Source: Candidatus Multivorans sp. (lineage in GTDB: Bacteria; Acidobacteriota; Thermoanaerobaculia; Multivoradales; Multivoraceae). From it: a stretch of DNA of 64,000 nt. The stretch is taken from the NCBI GenBank assembly GCA_965224025.1, contig OZ245033.1, positions 128,001-192,000 on the forward strand, given 5' to 3'. The translations under genes were made by a program, and so were the position numbers. The notes under the pieces were generated by a model, which did no database searches, had not been told where the DNA came from, and saw nothing but the letters and a program-made list of their open reading frames with translations. Each line of letters begins with the position of its first letter. Within the stretch, counting starts at the first letter, position 1. Positions 38,093-49,438 of this stretch are shown piece by piece.

Positions 38093-38967
38093 GCGACCCG
38101 CGACCCGCCACCGCGACCGACCGGCTGCCGGTGCTCAAGACCCACAAGGTCTACGTCGGCGGCAAGTTCCCGCGCTCCGAGTCCGGGCGCTTCGACCGCG
38201 CGCTGGCGCCGGACGGTCGACCGATCGCGAACATATGCCGCTGCTCGCGCAAGGACGTGCGCGACGCGGTGACGGCGGCGCGCGCCGCCCAGGCGGGCTG
38301 GGCCGCACGCACGGCGTACAACCGCGGCCAGATCCTCTACCGGATCGCCGAGATGCTCGAGGGACGGAGCGCCCAATTCGAGGCTCTGCTCGGGGCGGGC
38401 GGCGCGACCCCGGAGAGCGCGGCGGCCGAGGTCCAGGCCGCGGTCGACCGGCTCGTCCACTACGCCGGATGGACGGACAAGTTCCAGCAGATCTTCTCGA
38501 GCGTCAACCCCGTCGCAACGAAGCACTTCAACTTCTCGATCCTCGAGCCCATGGGCGTGGTCGGCGTGCTGGCGCCCGAATCGCCCCTGCTCGGCCTGGT
38601 GTCGGCCACCGCGCCCGCAATCGCCGGCGGCAACACGACGGTGGTGCTGATCACCGGCAGTCAGCCGCTTCCGGCAGTGACCTTCGGCGAGGTCCTCAAC
38701 TCCTCCGACGTACCCGGCGGCGTCGTCAACCTCCTGACCGGCCGGCGCGGGGAGATGCTCGCCCCGCTCGCCGCCCATCGCGACGTCGACGCACTGCTCC
38801 TCTGTACCTCCGACCCGGAGATCGCCAAGGCCGCCGAGATCGAGGCCGTCCACAACCTCAAGCGCGTCCTGCATCGCCGCTACGAGGACTGGGCGGACGT
38901 CCAGAACCCTTACGAAATCACCGGCCTGCAGGAAGTGAAGACGACATGGCATCCGATCGGGAGTTGA
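38089..38967 (+). CDS. Short aldehyde-dehydrogenase-like protein lacking the catalytic domain
   Basis: ATG 38089 (ATGA overlap); KTHKVYVGGKFPRSESGR, YAGWTDK, PGGVVNLLTG, KTTWHPIG; no ELGG or catalytic Cys motif. Confidence 0.85.
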   Translation: MSDPRPATATDRLPVLKTHKVYVGGKFPRSESGRFDRALAPDGRPIANICRCSRKDVRDAVTAARAAQAGWAARTAYNRGQILYRIAEMLEGRSAQFEALLGAGGATPESAAAEVQAAVDRLVHYAGWTDKFQQIFSSVNPVATKHFNFSILEPMGVVGVLAPESPLLGLVSATAPAIAGGNTTVVLITGSQPLPAVTFGEVLNSSDVPGGVVNLLTGRRGEMLAPLAAHRDVDALLLCTSDPEIAKAAEIEAVHNLKRVLHRRYEDWADVQNPYEITGLQEVKTTWHPIGS

Positions 38968-39473
38968 ACGGCGGCGCCATCGAGACGGCGTCCCCCGTGG
39001 AACCAACTGAACCGCCCGAAGCCGGTGAGATGGAACTCCCGCTCCACGCCCGCAACCGCGCCGCGGAGATCGTCAAGTCGCCGGAGAAGCTCCGGGACAT
39101 GGTTGCGGAGGCGAGGGCGAAGGCGTACACGGCGGGCAGTTCGTCCAACCCCCTCAGCGGTGTGATCGAGGACCTGAAGACCCTGTTCGAGATGCTGAGG
39201 GCGGTCGCCAGGGGCTCCTACCGCCTCCGAAAGGAGACTCTGATCCTCGTCGCCGGCGCGGTCCTCTACTTCGTGATTCCGATCGACGTCATTCCTGATT
39301 TCATCCCGGTGGCAGGTTTCCTCGACGACGCCGCGGTGATCGCCTGGGTGGTCAAGACCTGCAAGGGCGAGATCGATCTCTTCAGGGCTCTGACGGTAAA
39401 TGGCGGAGGCTCCGCGGCGGCCTCCGCCGAGCCGGCCGAGCCGAGAGCCGAGTCTCCCCAAGCGACGTCCTAG
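38946..39473 (+). CDS. YkvA/DUF1232 family membrane protein
   Basis: AVLYFVIPIDVIPDFIPVAGFLDDAAV signature; start uncertain. Confidence 0.85.
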   Translation: MASDRELNGGAIETASPVEPTEPPEAGEMELPLHARNRAAEIVKSPEKLRDMVAEARAKAYTAGSSSNPLSGVIEDLKTLFEMLRAVARGSYRLRKETLILVAGAVLYFVIPIDVIPDFIPVAGFLDDAAVIAWVVKTCKGEIDLFRALTVNGGGSAAASAEPAEPRAESPQATS

Positions 39474-39548
39474 CGGTACCAGCCGAACTGCCTTGAAGCT
39501 GATGGCGGCGATTCCCGGAATTCCTACGCCGGCTCTTCCGATTTCAGA

Positions 39549-42500
39549 ATGTTGACTCCCACGAACGGAGCCGTAGCACCAACCGCCGAAGGCCCGCGAG
39601 GCCATTCGCCGGAAAGACGGGAGGGGGATCGACTCGTCGAGGCACAAGCGAGGCGGCAAGTGCAGACGTTCTTCGACGAACTGAAGAACGGGACCCGGAA
39701 CTACCGGACAGTCGCCAGCCTGAGCGGCCAGATCACGCAGGAGTATCGAGGCCGCTGCGTCCTGGAACTCCTGCAGAACGCCCACGACGCGCTCGCCGGC
39801 GCCCGGCCGGACGACCCACGCAGGATCTCCTTCGTGCTCGCTACCGAGCCCGAACCGGTGCTCCTGATCGCCAACAGCGGCCGCCCGTTCCGCCATGAGG
39901 ATTTTGAGGGAATCTGCCAACTCGGCCAAAGCCCCAAGGATCCCAACGAGAGCGTCGGCAACAAGGGCCTCGGCTTCCAGAGCGTGCTCGAAGTCTCGAC
40001 GCGGCCCCAGATCTGGTCCATGACGGCCGAAGCGGGCGACCCGGAGTTCGTCTTCGGTTTCGACCCCGCCGGGACGGAGCGCCTCGTAGAGCAGGCTCTC
40101 GCCGAGATCGAGAGTGGTCTCTCGCCTCCACATGCCGCTACCGGTCGACGAATCATCAACTGGTCGGAAGAACAAGTGCACGACTACCAGAACGGCGATG
40201 GGTCCGGCGGAGCGGTCGACGCCGCTCGCGAAGCCCGGAAGTACGTGTCGCCATACTCGATCCCACTGCCGATCGAAGAAACGCCCCCGGAGGTAGCCGA
40301 GCTTCTCGATGCGGGTCACGCAACGGTCATCCGGCTGCGGCTCGACGGTGGCAGAACCGGCGCATTGGACAAGGCTGTCGAGTCCATCGGGGACTCTGAT
40401 CGGGCTGCAGGTGCTTCTGCCGACCGGCGGCGCGCAGTGGACGAGGCGGTCGAGTCGATTAGGGACCAACTCAACCGACTGGACGCCCGCTCGGCTGTCT
40501 TCCTGCCGGACCTCGAGAGACTGACCATAGACGTGGACGGAGAGAGCCGCATCCTCGAGCGCATCGTCGACTCCAGCGCTGACCTGCCGGGATCGCGACC
40601 TGCACGCGAGCAAGTGCTGCTGGTCGGTCGTTCAGCCGGAAGCGCCCTCGACGAAACGACGCGGGAGTTCCGCGTATGGTCGCGCGGCCTGGGAGGCGAC
40701 CGCGATCCCGCGGAAGCGCGACGAATCCGGGACGCCGTCAAACACCTGCCGAACCGTTGGCCCGAGGTTCGACAAGTCAAGGTCGGTGTAGCGGTCGAGG
40801 ACAGCAGTACCCCAGAACCCGGCGCGTTCGTCATCTTTCTGCCCACTGAAGTCGGCACCGGCACCGGAGCGCACATCAACGCCCCGTTCTACGGCTCGCT
40901 CGACCGCCGCCAGATCAACTTCAACGACGAATACAACGCGCTGCTCATCGAGTACGTGAAGGATCTGGCGCTCGACGTGGCCACCGAACTCGCGGCGGGA
41001 CCGACCGAAGGCTGGCGCGCGCGAGCGGTCATCGACTTGCTGGCCTCCGCCGGCCCGAGACCCGCAGACGGGCGACCGCCCCTCATGGACCAGATGCGCC
41101 AGCGGGCGGAGGACACGCAACGGGATCTCGACAAGGCCGCCCTGCTTCTTTGCGACGACGGTTGGCGGAGGGCCGAAAGCGCGAGGACCATGCCCGACGT
41201 TCCCGGCGACGGCGCGCTGGGCGCGGCCCGATGGCGCGAGAGCGCGGCGTTCGATGTCGTCTCTTCCGAGCTCGACGGCCGCCGCAAGAAGGTCGAAGCG
41301 CTTCTTGACTGTCTCGGCGGATCGTCTGCACCGACGCCGGCCGAGTGGGCGCATACGGTCGAGCGGCTCGCGGATCGCATTCACCGCGGCGAGATAGACG
41401 CCTCCTGGGACGCGTTTCTGAGGAGTCTGCAAACCGTCCTGCCCCGGGAGGTCCGATCCGAACCCAAGGCCGGGGCGGCCGACCCGCTCGCAACCGCGAA
41501 GTTCCTTCCCACCCGTGACAGCCGCGTCCTCTCCGCCTCCGGCGACCTCCAGATCTTCTTCCGGCCGCGTAGGGGATTCGACGACGCGACGGAGTTCGCC
41601 GCCCTGGTTCCCGAGTCGCTCGCGGACCGCATCGCGTTCCTTCACGACGGCGTGAGGACCCATGAGGGTCCGCAGCGGCGGACCGAAGTCCAGGCCTTCC
41701 TCAGCGGACGGAACGGACGCTTTGTCCAGAGCTTCCGACGAGAAGACCTTCTCCGGGATGTGGTCCTTCCGGCACTCCCCGAGTTGCCCGTGGAACACGG
41801 TACACCAGAGGCCGGGCGCTGCTCCGAGATCCTGGGATGGACCCTCTTGCTGCTTGGCGGTGAAGAGCTGGAAGCGGTCGAGGACCTACTGAGACGTCTG
41901 CCCGTAGCCTGCTACGGCGGTTGGTTGGCGGCCGGCAGAGCCGTCTTCGGCCGGGGGTGGCAAGGTCAGCATGGCGAGTGCCTCCAGACTCTGGTCGACG
42001 GTCTGCCCGACGGTAGGCGCCGTCTACTCGACCAAGCACTCCTGCCGCCACAGGACCGGCGGTGGGGCCTCTCCGCCGCAGCTCCGAACGGACTGCTCGA
42101 AAGAGCCGGGGTCGTCGACGGACTCCCGATGGAAACCGCGGAACCAGTTCTCTTCGCGATGTCCGCGAAGTATCGGGAGTTGCCGCGGAACGCGCCCCAA
42201 GGCATTCCCCAAGACGCATGGGACGACTGGCTCGACGCCGTGGAGACGGAGTTGAAGCCAGAGATCAAGAGTCGGACCGCCTACCGGCTCGACAACGTCC
42301 ACGTGACGTCCGAGATCCACTACCTGCACGATCTCCAGGACCGAGCGCGAGAAGCTCTCTCCGACCTGATCCTCTCTTCTCTCGACAAGTGGGACGATGA
42401 CTGGGAGTCCGCGAGGTTCCTGAGACCGCGCTATCCGGCCGCCGCGAAGCGCGTCGCTTCTCCCCTGCGCCACTGGCTAACGACCCTCCCGTGGCTCCAC

Positions 42501-45180
42501 GACAACCAGGTCGAGCCGCGACCTCTGTGCCAACGGTGGTTCGTGCCGGAGTCTCTCCTCCGAGGTCAAGGCGGCCGGTTCGCCCATCTGGCGCCCTTGT
42601 CGCTGAAGCTGGCCCGCCGCCTGGGCGAGAGCCCCGATCTGCTCGCGACGCTCACCCGGCTCGGCCTGAACGTCTATCCGACGGAGGGCGACCGGACGGG
42701 GCCCGAGTTGCTCGAAGCGCTGGCGGACGCGCATGAGAAGAACGAGATGCCCGCCGGCGGATTCGACGTCTTTCTGGGTCAGGTGCGTCACGCCTGGAGC
42801 CACCTCGACCCTGACGACGAACTGCCGAAACGTTTCCTCGTCCGGACAGCGGCGCGCAGGTTCGAGATCAGGAGCGCAAGCCAACTGGCCGACGTGTACC
42901 TGCCCGATCACAACCTCCGCAGCCGCTCCCTCAAGAGCCACCGGAAGCCGCTCCTCGAAATGCTCCTCAAGGAGGCGCGTGGCCCGGCCGGCGATCGTCT
43001 CGACGCGCTCGACTTGAGACGCGCGTCGAATCTGCGCGAACGCTGCCTCGTCGACGGCCAGCCCCTCCTTGACGACGCGACCGCCGGGGCAGCGCCGATT
43101 GAAGACACGGAACTGAGCTGGCTGCCCCTCGTGCTGCTCACTCTCGCCGCACATGGAGGCGGCGATCCCAGGGGCCCGGCTACCGCCCCCTGGCGGAACG
43201 CCATGGGGCGGCTCCGCGGCGCCCTCGTGCGCCGCTGCGGCTCGCTCGCGGTGGAACTGATGGACGCCGACCAGGTCGTTGACTACAGCGAGCCCCGCGT
43301 CCACTGGCTCCCGAACGAACGAGTGCTTCTGCTCTGCCACGGCGCGAGATACGACGACCTGGCATCCGCTAGCCAGGCGCTGCTCGAACGTCAGGATCTT
43401 CTGAAGGACCTCCGCCTCGTCCTGGGAACCCTGACAGGCGCGGCGCCGGAACCGACCCGCCAACAGATCGAGTCCGCGCTCGACCGAGCCGAAATCGATG
43501 GCGAAGCGGTGGCCGACATACGCCATCGGTGGTTCGGCGCCACCGCGCTCCTCGTCGACCGCATTCGGCCCGTGCTGAAGCTGCTCGGGCTGCCTGACGC
43601 GGGGCTCGAGGCGGCGGTGAGCGATACCAAGGCCCTGGAGGCATGGCTGGCGTCGCACCTGCCGGAAGGCACGACCGACTGCTGGTCGCCAGAAGAAACT
43701 CGTCTCGGCCGCCAGAAGAAGTCGCGACGACATCGAGATGGGACGAGCTGCCTTCAGGCACCTCGGCGAGAAAGCTCAACTTCCAGGCTGGAACAACGCC
43801 TTGGCCCAGCTTGGCGACCGCTGCGCGCCAGTGGCGAACGTCGACGCAGCCGAGCAGACGAAGCGGCACGTCAAGGAAGCCGCGCCGTGTCTGCGGGCGC
43901 TGGCTCGGCACCTCGCCATCGAGAAAGACAGGCCAGAACTGTTCCGAAAGCTCGAACAGGTAGCCGAGAACTTCGAAGCTCCAGACGACTGGTCAGCCAA
44001 GTGGTGGGAAGTGCCCTTCCGCGCCGTGACCGCGAAACTACGCACCGGCTACGCGGGCGTAGTTGGCACAGACTCAGGCTTGGTGGAGGCCCTTGAAGAC
44101 GCTGGTTCGCCCAAAGACCTTCGCGCGGCACTCGAACAGCGAGGCGTGGTCCTTGACTGCGACCCGTACGAGACCTTCCGGCGGAACGAGAACCGGCTCG
44201 AAAAGGAGATCGGCCAAGTGAGCGATCTCCACCGAGCATGGCTGGAGGTTTCGGAAGCAGGACCGGCCCCTCCCCGGCACGAGGCGTCCGGGTCGCCCCG
44301 AATGGACTCCTCGGAATACCTTCGGAACTGGTCTGACGCGGAGGTCTTCGAGCAAGCGCTTGAGGCGTTGGACGATGCGGAGTTCAGCAGACGATGCGAC
44401 GGGTGCCGAGCCGTCGACGAGGCGCGGGCGAAGCTCGGAGTCACTTCACAAGTCGTCGAACAAGTACGGCGGAAGCGTCTTGAGCGGCAGCGGGAAGAGG
44501 AGCGGGCGAAGAGGACCTTCACGATCGCCGGCAGGCCGTTCGAGGTGGGCGGCCGCGAGAGCTACGGCGATCTCCTGGCTCGTCTCGGCACCCTGCCCGA
44601 ACCGAAGGGGCCCAGCGTCAAGGGCGACGAGTCGACGCGGCTGGTCCCACCGGGCCGCGGTCCAGCCCCAAGGCATCGTCCCGCCCCAGCCTCACCCGGC
44701 AGAACCTCCCACCTGTACTCGCGGCCCCACCTTCCCGGCCTGGTCGGAATCGTCGGCGAGATGCACGCCTACCGCTACCTTCGGTCTGAATTCGGCAGCG
44801 ACATCGTCACGGCTGCCGCCTGGGTGTCCGAGAACGGCCTCGAGGTCCTGCCGCTGGCAGGAGGCGAGAAGCGTGACGCACGCGACAACCACGGCTTCGA
44901 CTTCCGGTTCGCCAGCGACGGCATCACGTGGCGCTTCGAGGTCAAGGCGACCACGGAGGACGACACGAGCTTCTCGCTCCCGCCGAGCGAAATTCGCGCG
45001 GCCACGAGCCTCGCGAACAGGCGTCGCGACCGCTGGCGCATCCTGCGCATCAGGCATGCGCTCTCCGACACACCGGAGATCGACTTGCTTCCCAATCCCT
45101 TCGAGACCGGCTTCTCGGACCTCTTCCGGCTCAGCAGCGGCGGGCTGAACGTCCGCTACGCACTGGACGCCGCTACGTAG
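39549..45180 (+). pseudogene. Giant sacsin-like GHKL ATPase with C-terminal DUF3883-like nuclease, ~1876 aa if a 1-nt frameshift at ~43696-43698 is repaired
   Basis: ELLQNAHDA, IANSGRPF, SVGNKGLGFQSV, HINAPFY in ORF 39549..44096; GEMHAY...HGFDFRF...FEVKAT...SEI in ORF 43738..45180. Removing one A from GAAGAAACTC gives WSPEE-LVSAARRSRDDIEMG. Confidence 0.75.
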
Positions 45181-45201
45181 CTGCCGCGACCAACCGCGCA
45201 A

Positions 45202-45804
45202 TCACCGGTACGGAAACAGCCTCCGTACTTCGAGATCGATCTCCACACCCGGCACTCTCAGGCAATCGCCGCCGTCGTGGACCGAGCGCTCCCCATAGCC
45301 CTCCGGCCCAGGTGCGCGGTGCACTTCGACGGTGCGACTGCGCAGATCGATCAGCCAGAACTGCCGTATGCCATGGCGGGCATAGAGCAGCGCCTTGACT
45401 CGGCGATCGTAGTCGAGCGTCGTGTCCGAGACCTCGATGGCCAGGAGCACGTCCTCGGGCTGTGGGAGACGTTCGCTGTACGCGTCGTCGCGTCTGACGA
45501 GCACGCATACGTCGGGCTCCGGCTCCGTGGAGTCGTCGAGACGGACCGGGCTCTGAACCCGGATGGCGGTGCGGTGGTCGGCCGCACGGATGAGCAACTC
45601 GGCAAGGATGTCGACACAGGCCGCGTGGCGGCTGCCGACGGGGGACGTCACGACGATTTCTCCTTCGATGAGCTCGACCCGGTCGTCTTCGCCCAGGATT
45701 CCCGCCCGCGCCATCGCGTGGTAGTCGTCCACCGTGAACAACCGTCTGGCGGGCGTGGTCGGCGGCGTCCCCTCCGCACTCGTTCTTCGCGCGGCCACCG
45801 TCAT
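45202..45804 (-). CDS. Uma2 family endonuclease
   Basis: RRLFTVDDYHAMARAGIL, ELIEGEIV, EPEPD, IEVSDTT, KALLYARHGI; ATG 45804 lies 7 nt after TAAGAT. Confidence 0.9.
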   Translation of the reverse strand: MTVAARRTSAEGTPPTTPARRLFTVDDYHAMARAGILGEDDRVELIEGEIVVTSPVGSRHAACVDILAELLIRAADHRTAIRVQSPVRLDDSTEPEPDVCVLVRRDDAYSERLPQPEDVLLAIEVSDTTLDYDRRVKALLYARHGIRQFWLIDLRSRTVEVHRAPGPEGYGERSVHDGGDCLRVPGVEIDLEVRRLFPYR

Positions 45805-45878
45805 GCGGACGATCTTATCCGCCGAAGCGAATCGCACCGTCGTCGGTGAGGCGGATCCGACCTCGCCGCCGAATGAAG

Positions 45879-47087
45879 CTACAACGACGCCGCGCCGTGG
45901 TAGGCCCGAGCCACCCACGCCATGAGCTGAGCGCACAGGAGACCCAGCGGCGTGCCGACCAGGTTGCCGAGCACGCCCATCAGCACACCGACCGCGGCCA
46001 GGGCGGGCTGGAAGACGCCCGCGACGACGGGCGTCGAGATCACGCCGCCGACGTTGCCCATGCTGCCCGTGGCGAACAGGAACAGCGGCGCCCGCAGCAG
46101 GCGCATGGCCACGTACAGACAGGCGACGTGGATGCCGATCCACACGGCGCCGACCGCGAGTACCTGAGGCGCCTCGGCGACCGCGGCCAGGTTGCCGCCG
46201 GCGCCCATCGTCGCGACCATCAGGTAGAGGCCGCCGTAGGCCACCGGCGTCGCGCCCCGGTGGTCGAGGCGGCGAATCGGCGTGAACGACAGTCCCAGGC
46301 CGACGGCCACGACGAGCAGGATGCCCCAGGTGAAGTGCGAGAGCACGGAGCCTACCCGCGGCAACAGCTCCCCGCCCCGCATGCAGAGCCAACTCCCCAC
46401 CAGGCCGACGCCGAGCATGGTGGCGAAGGCCGGCAGAGTGATCGGCCGGGCCTTTTCCTTCTGGACCTTCTGCAGCCGCTCGTTCAGCCGGTCGAGTTCT
46501 TCGCGGCGCGCCCGGTGGCGGCGGTCGATCCGGTTCTGGTGGCCGCTCAGCAGAATGATGATCGACATCCAGCCGTAACCGACGACCGAGTCGACGATGA
46601 TCATCGGAGCGAAGATGTTGTCCGGAGCGCCGACGCCCTCCTTGATCGCGATCATGTTCGAGAGGCCGCCGATCCAGGAGCCGGATAGCGCCGCCAGGCC
46701 CTTCCAGGCCTGCGGATCGAGGAAGGGCTGGAAGATCGCCAGGGCGATCGGGCCGCCGATCACGATGCCGGCGGAGCCGGCGAGGAGCATCGCCGCCGCC
46801 AGCGGCCCCAGCCGCTTGATCGCCGGCACGTCGGTCGCCAGGACCAGGAGCAGCAGGGCGCACGGCATCAGGTAGTCCGTGCACCAGTCGTAGAACGGCG
46901 ACTCGGCCGGCGTGATGCCAAGCGTGGTCAGGACCACGGGCAGCAGGTAGATCCAGACGATCGGCGGCAGCGTCCTGAACAGCCGCTCGAACGCCGGGGT
47001 CCGCGCGAGGGCGAAGATCAGCGCCACGAAGCCGGCGAAGAAGACGAGTAGCGCGGTCGGATCGTTGATCAGCGCCTGCTCCGTCAT
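45879..47087 (-). CDS. DUF819 family multi-pass membrane protein
   Basis: About 11 TM helices, GSWIGGLSNMIAI, GSMGNVGGVISTPVVA. Confidence 0.8.
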   Translation of the reverse strand: MTEQALINDPTALLVFFAGFVALIFALARTPAFERLFRTLPPIVWIYLLPVVLTTLGITPAESPFYDWCTDYLMPCALLLLVLATDVPAIKRLGPLAAAMLLAGSAGIVIGGPIALAIFQPFLDPQAWKGLAALSGSWIGGLSNMIAIKEGVGAPDNIFAPMIIVDSVVGYGWMSIIILLSGHQNRIDRRHRARREELDRLNERLQKVQKEKARPITLPAFATMLGVGLVGSWLCMRGGELLPRVGSVLSHFTWGILLVVAVGLGLSFTPIRRLDHRGATPVAYGGLYLMVATMGAGGNLAAVAEAPQVLAVGAVWIGIHVACLYVAMRLLRAPLFLFATGSMGNVGGVISTPVVAGVFQPALAAVGVLMGVLGNLVGTPLGLLCAQLMAWVARAYHGAASL

Positions 47088-47192
47088 CGCGGGCGAGTCT
47101 ATGAGCTTGCGTCACAGCACGCGGCGGAGCGAGTGTTGCTATCTTCCGACGCCACTTTCACCTGGCGTTGCACCCTCCGAAAGGCTGACCAC

Positions 47193-48245
47193 ATGAGACC
47201 CACGCGCCACTCCGCCGCGACCATCCTGTCCGCCGCGGCCGCGGCCTGCCTTGTGTTCGCATCGGCCGTCGAGGCTCAGTTCGGGACCCGGCCGCCCAAC
47301 CGTTCGTCCCTGCTCGACGACGGCGCCCTCCACGTCGTCATCTGCGGCAGCGGATCGCCGCTGCCGAGCGTCGAGCGCGCCGGCCCGTGCACGGCGGTGA
47401 TCGCAGGGGGCCGGATGTTCCTGATCGACGTCGGCGCCGGCTCGACGGAGAACCTGCGCCTCTGGGGACTTCCCGTCGGCAGCCTGACCGGCGTGCTACT
47501 GACCCACTTCCATTCGGATCACATCGGAGAGCTCGGCGAGGTGACCTTCAGGAGTTGGACCGGCGGACGGGCCGTGCCCCTCGACGTCTACGGTCCGGAC
47601 GGCGTCGAGCGCGTCGTTGCCGGCTTCCAGGCCGCGTACGAACTCGACGTCTCCTACCGGGTCGCCCACCACGGCGCCAACCTGCTGCCGCCGGACGGCG
47701 GCAAGGCGGCAGCGCACCCGATCGAACTCAACGAAGACGCCTCATCGCGCGTCGTCTACGACGAGGACGGCCTCAAGATCACGGCGTTCCTGGTCGAACA
47801 CGAGCCGATTTCGCCGGCGGTCGGCTACCGGATCGACTTCGGCGGCCGCTCGGTCGTCGTCAGCGGCGACACGATCCGTTCGGCGAACCTGGAGGCCGCG
47901 AGCCAGGGCGTCGACGTCCTGGTCCACGAGGTCCTCTCCGACGCCCTGATCGGCGGGGCGGCGCAGGCTCTCGAGAGCGGCGGCAACGAACGAACCGGAC
48001 AGATGCTCCGGGACACGCTCGACTACCACACCTTCCCAGCCGACGTACATGCGCTGGCCGCCGACGCCAAGGTCAAGCTCCTGGTCCTGAGCCACCTCGT
48101 GCCGCCCCTGCCCGCGGCACAGGCGGAGACCGTGTTCATGCGCGGCCGGGTGGAGGACGCGCCGAACGAGGCCGTGGTAGCCGTCGACGGCATGCACATC
48201 GTTCTGCCTGCCAACAGCGACGAACGGACGATCGAGAGCTTCTAG
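47193..48245 (+). CDS. Exported MBL-fold metallo-hydrolase (RNase Z/AtsA-like)
   Basis: Signal peptide; CGSGSP, THFHSDHIG, VSGDT, LVHE, YHT, LSHLVP. Confidence 0.88.
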   Translation: MRPTRHSAATILSAAAAACLVFASAVEAQFGTRPPNRSSLLDDGALHVVICGSGSPLPSVERAGPCTAVIAGGRMFLIDVGAGSTENLRLWGLPVGSLTGVLLTHFHSDHIGELGEVTFRSWTGGRAVPLDVYGPDGVERVVAGFQAAYELDVSYRVAHHGANLLPPDGGKAAAHPIELNEDASSRVVYDEDGLKITAFLVEHEPISPAVGYRIDFGGRSVVVSGDTIRSANLEAASQGVDVLVHEVLSDALIGGAAQALESGGNERTGQMLRDTLDYHTFPADVHALAADAKVKLLVLSHLVPPLPAAQAETVFMRGRVEDAPNEAVVAVDGMHIVLPANSDERTIESF

Positions 48246-48291
48246 AGTCTCTTTCGGCTCGGACCGCCAGTCTGCCGCGTAAGCTCTCACC

Positions 48292-49077
48292 GTGACGAGC
48301 TACGAAGCCGAACTCGACTTCGCGGTCGAGACCGCGTGGATCGCCGGTCAGTTGACGCTCGAGTTCTTCCGGCTCGGCGTCGAGGCCGAAGTCAAGAGCG
48401 ACATGACACCGGTCACCGAGGCCGACCGGGGCGCCGAGGAACTGATCCGTGCGCGGATCAAGGAGACCTTCCCCGGCGACTCGATCGTCGGCGAGGAGTT
48501 CGGAACGAGCGACGGCTCGGCGGACGCGGAAGGCGCCTGTGGACGCCACTGGTACGTCGATCCGATCGACGGCACCCGCTCCTTTGTCCGCGGCGTGCCT
48601 CTCTACGGCATCCTGATCGGCCTGGAGGTCAACGGACGGGTCGAGGTCGGCGTCGCCCACTTCCCGGGCATCGGCGAGACGGTGGCGGCCGCCTCCGGCC
48701 ACGGCTGCACGCTGAACGGCGAGCCGGCCCGAGTGTGCGGAACAAGCAGCCTGGCAGAGGGTTACGTCTCGTTCGGCGACCCCGGGCTCTTCGTTGACGC
48801 CAGGCACAAGAGGGCCTGGAAGCGCATGATGGAGAGCACCGCCTACCGCGTCGGCTGGTCCGACGCGTACGGCCACGCCCTGGTGGCCTCGGGCCGGCTC
48901 GAACTGATGGTCGATCCGCGGATGAGCGCCTGGGACTGCGGACCGTTCCCGCTCATCCTACGCGAAGCGGGCGGCTACTTCGGCGACTGGGACGGCAACG
49001 AGACGATCCACTGCGAGCGGGCGGTTAGCACCAGCCGCCGGCTGCTGCCCGAAGTTCTGGAACTGCTCGGCGACTGA
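48292..49077 (+). CDS. Inositol monophosphatase family protein (histidinol-phosphatase HisN-like)
   Basis: PVTEADRGAE, GEEFG, WYVDPIDGTRSF, WD....ILREAGG. Confidence 0.88.
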   Translation: MTSYEAELDFAVETAWIAGQLTLEFFRLGVEAEVKSDMTPVTEADRGAEELIRARIKETFPGDSIVGEEFGTSDGSADAEGACGRHWYVDPIDGTRSFVRGVPLYGILIGLEVNGRVEVGVAHFPGIGETVAAASGHGCTLNGEPARVCGTSSLAEGYVSFGDPGLFVDARHKRAWKRMMESTAYRVGWSDAYGHALVASGRLELMVDPRMSAWDCGPFPLILREAGGYFGDWDGNETIHCERAVSTSRRLLPEVLELLGD

Positions 49078-49080
49078 TCA

Positions 49081-49332
49081 TCAGCCGCCCGGAGGCTCCT
49101 CGCCGTCCTCGACCGGACCGGCCACGCAGCTCAGCAGCTCCCGGACCTCGTCGAGCCGGTTGTCCGGCACGCACAACGACACGGGCACCGGCGACTTCCC
49201 CATCATCCCCATACCGAACATGCCGACCCCGGCGCTCTGCACCAGGAACGGAATGTCGTACTGGTCCAGGGCATGGCCGATCGACTCGGCCTCCAGCCTG
49301 GAATCGAAGGTGGCAAGTTTGACGAACTTCAT
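49081..49332 (-). CDS. DUF2007-like (putative signal-transducing) small protein
   Basis: MKFVKLATFDSRLEAESIGHALDQYDIPFLV...SLCVPDNRLDEVRELL. Confidence 0.7.
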   Translation of the reverse strand: MKFVKLATFDSRLEAESIGHALDQYDIPFLVQSAGVGMFGMGMMGKSPVPVSLCVPDNRLDEVRELLSCVAGPVEDGEEPPGG

Positions 49333-49438
49333 GGCGAACCTCACGGGCAGCCTACTGTACTGCCCGTGAGCGGGCTTCCTCACAGAGGCTGCCCACAGGC
49401 AGCTGCGGCAAGACGTCCAGACGTCTATAGTCCGCGAC

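Noticed and set aside
43687-43720. Programmed ribosomal frameshift in the giant ATPase-nuclease
   Set aside because: No canonical slippery heptamer or clear stimulatory structure. Mutation or sequencing error is simpler.
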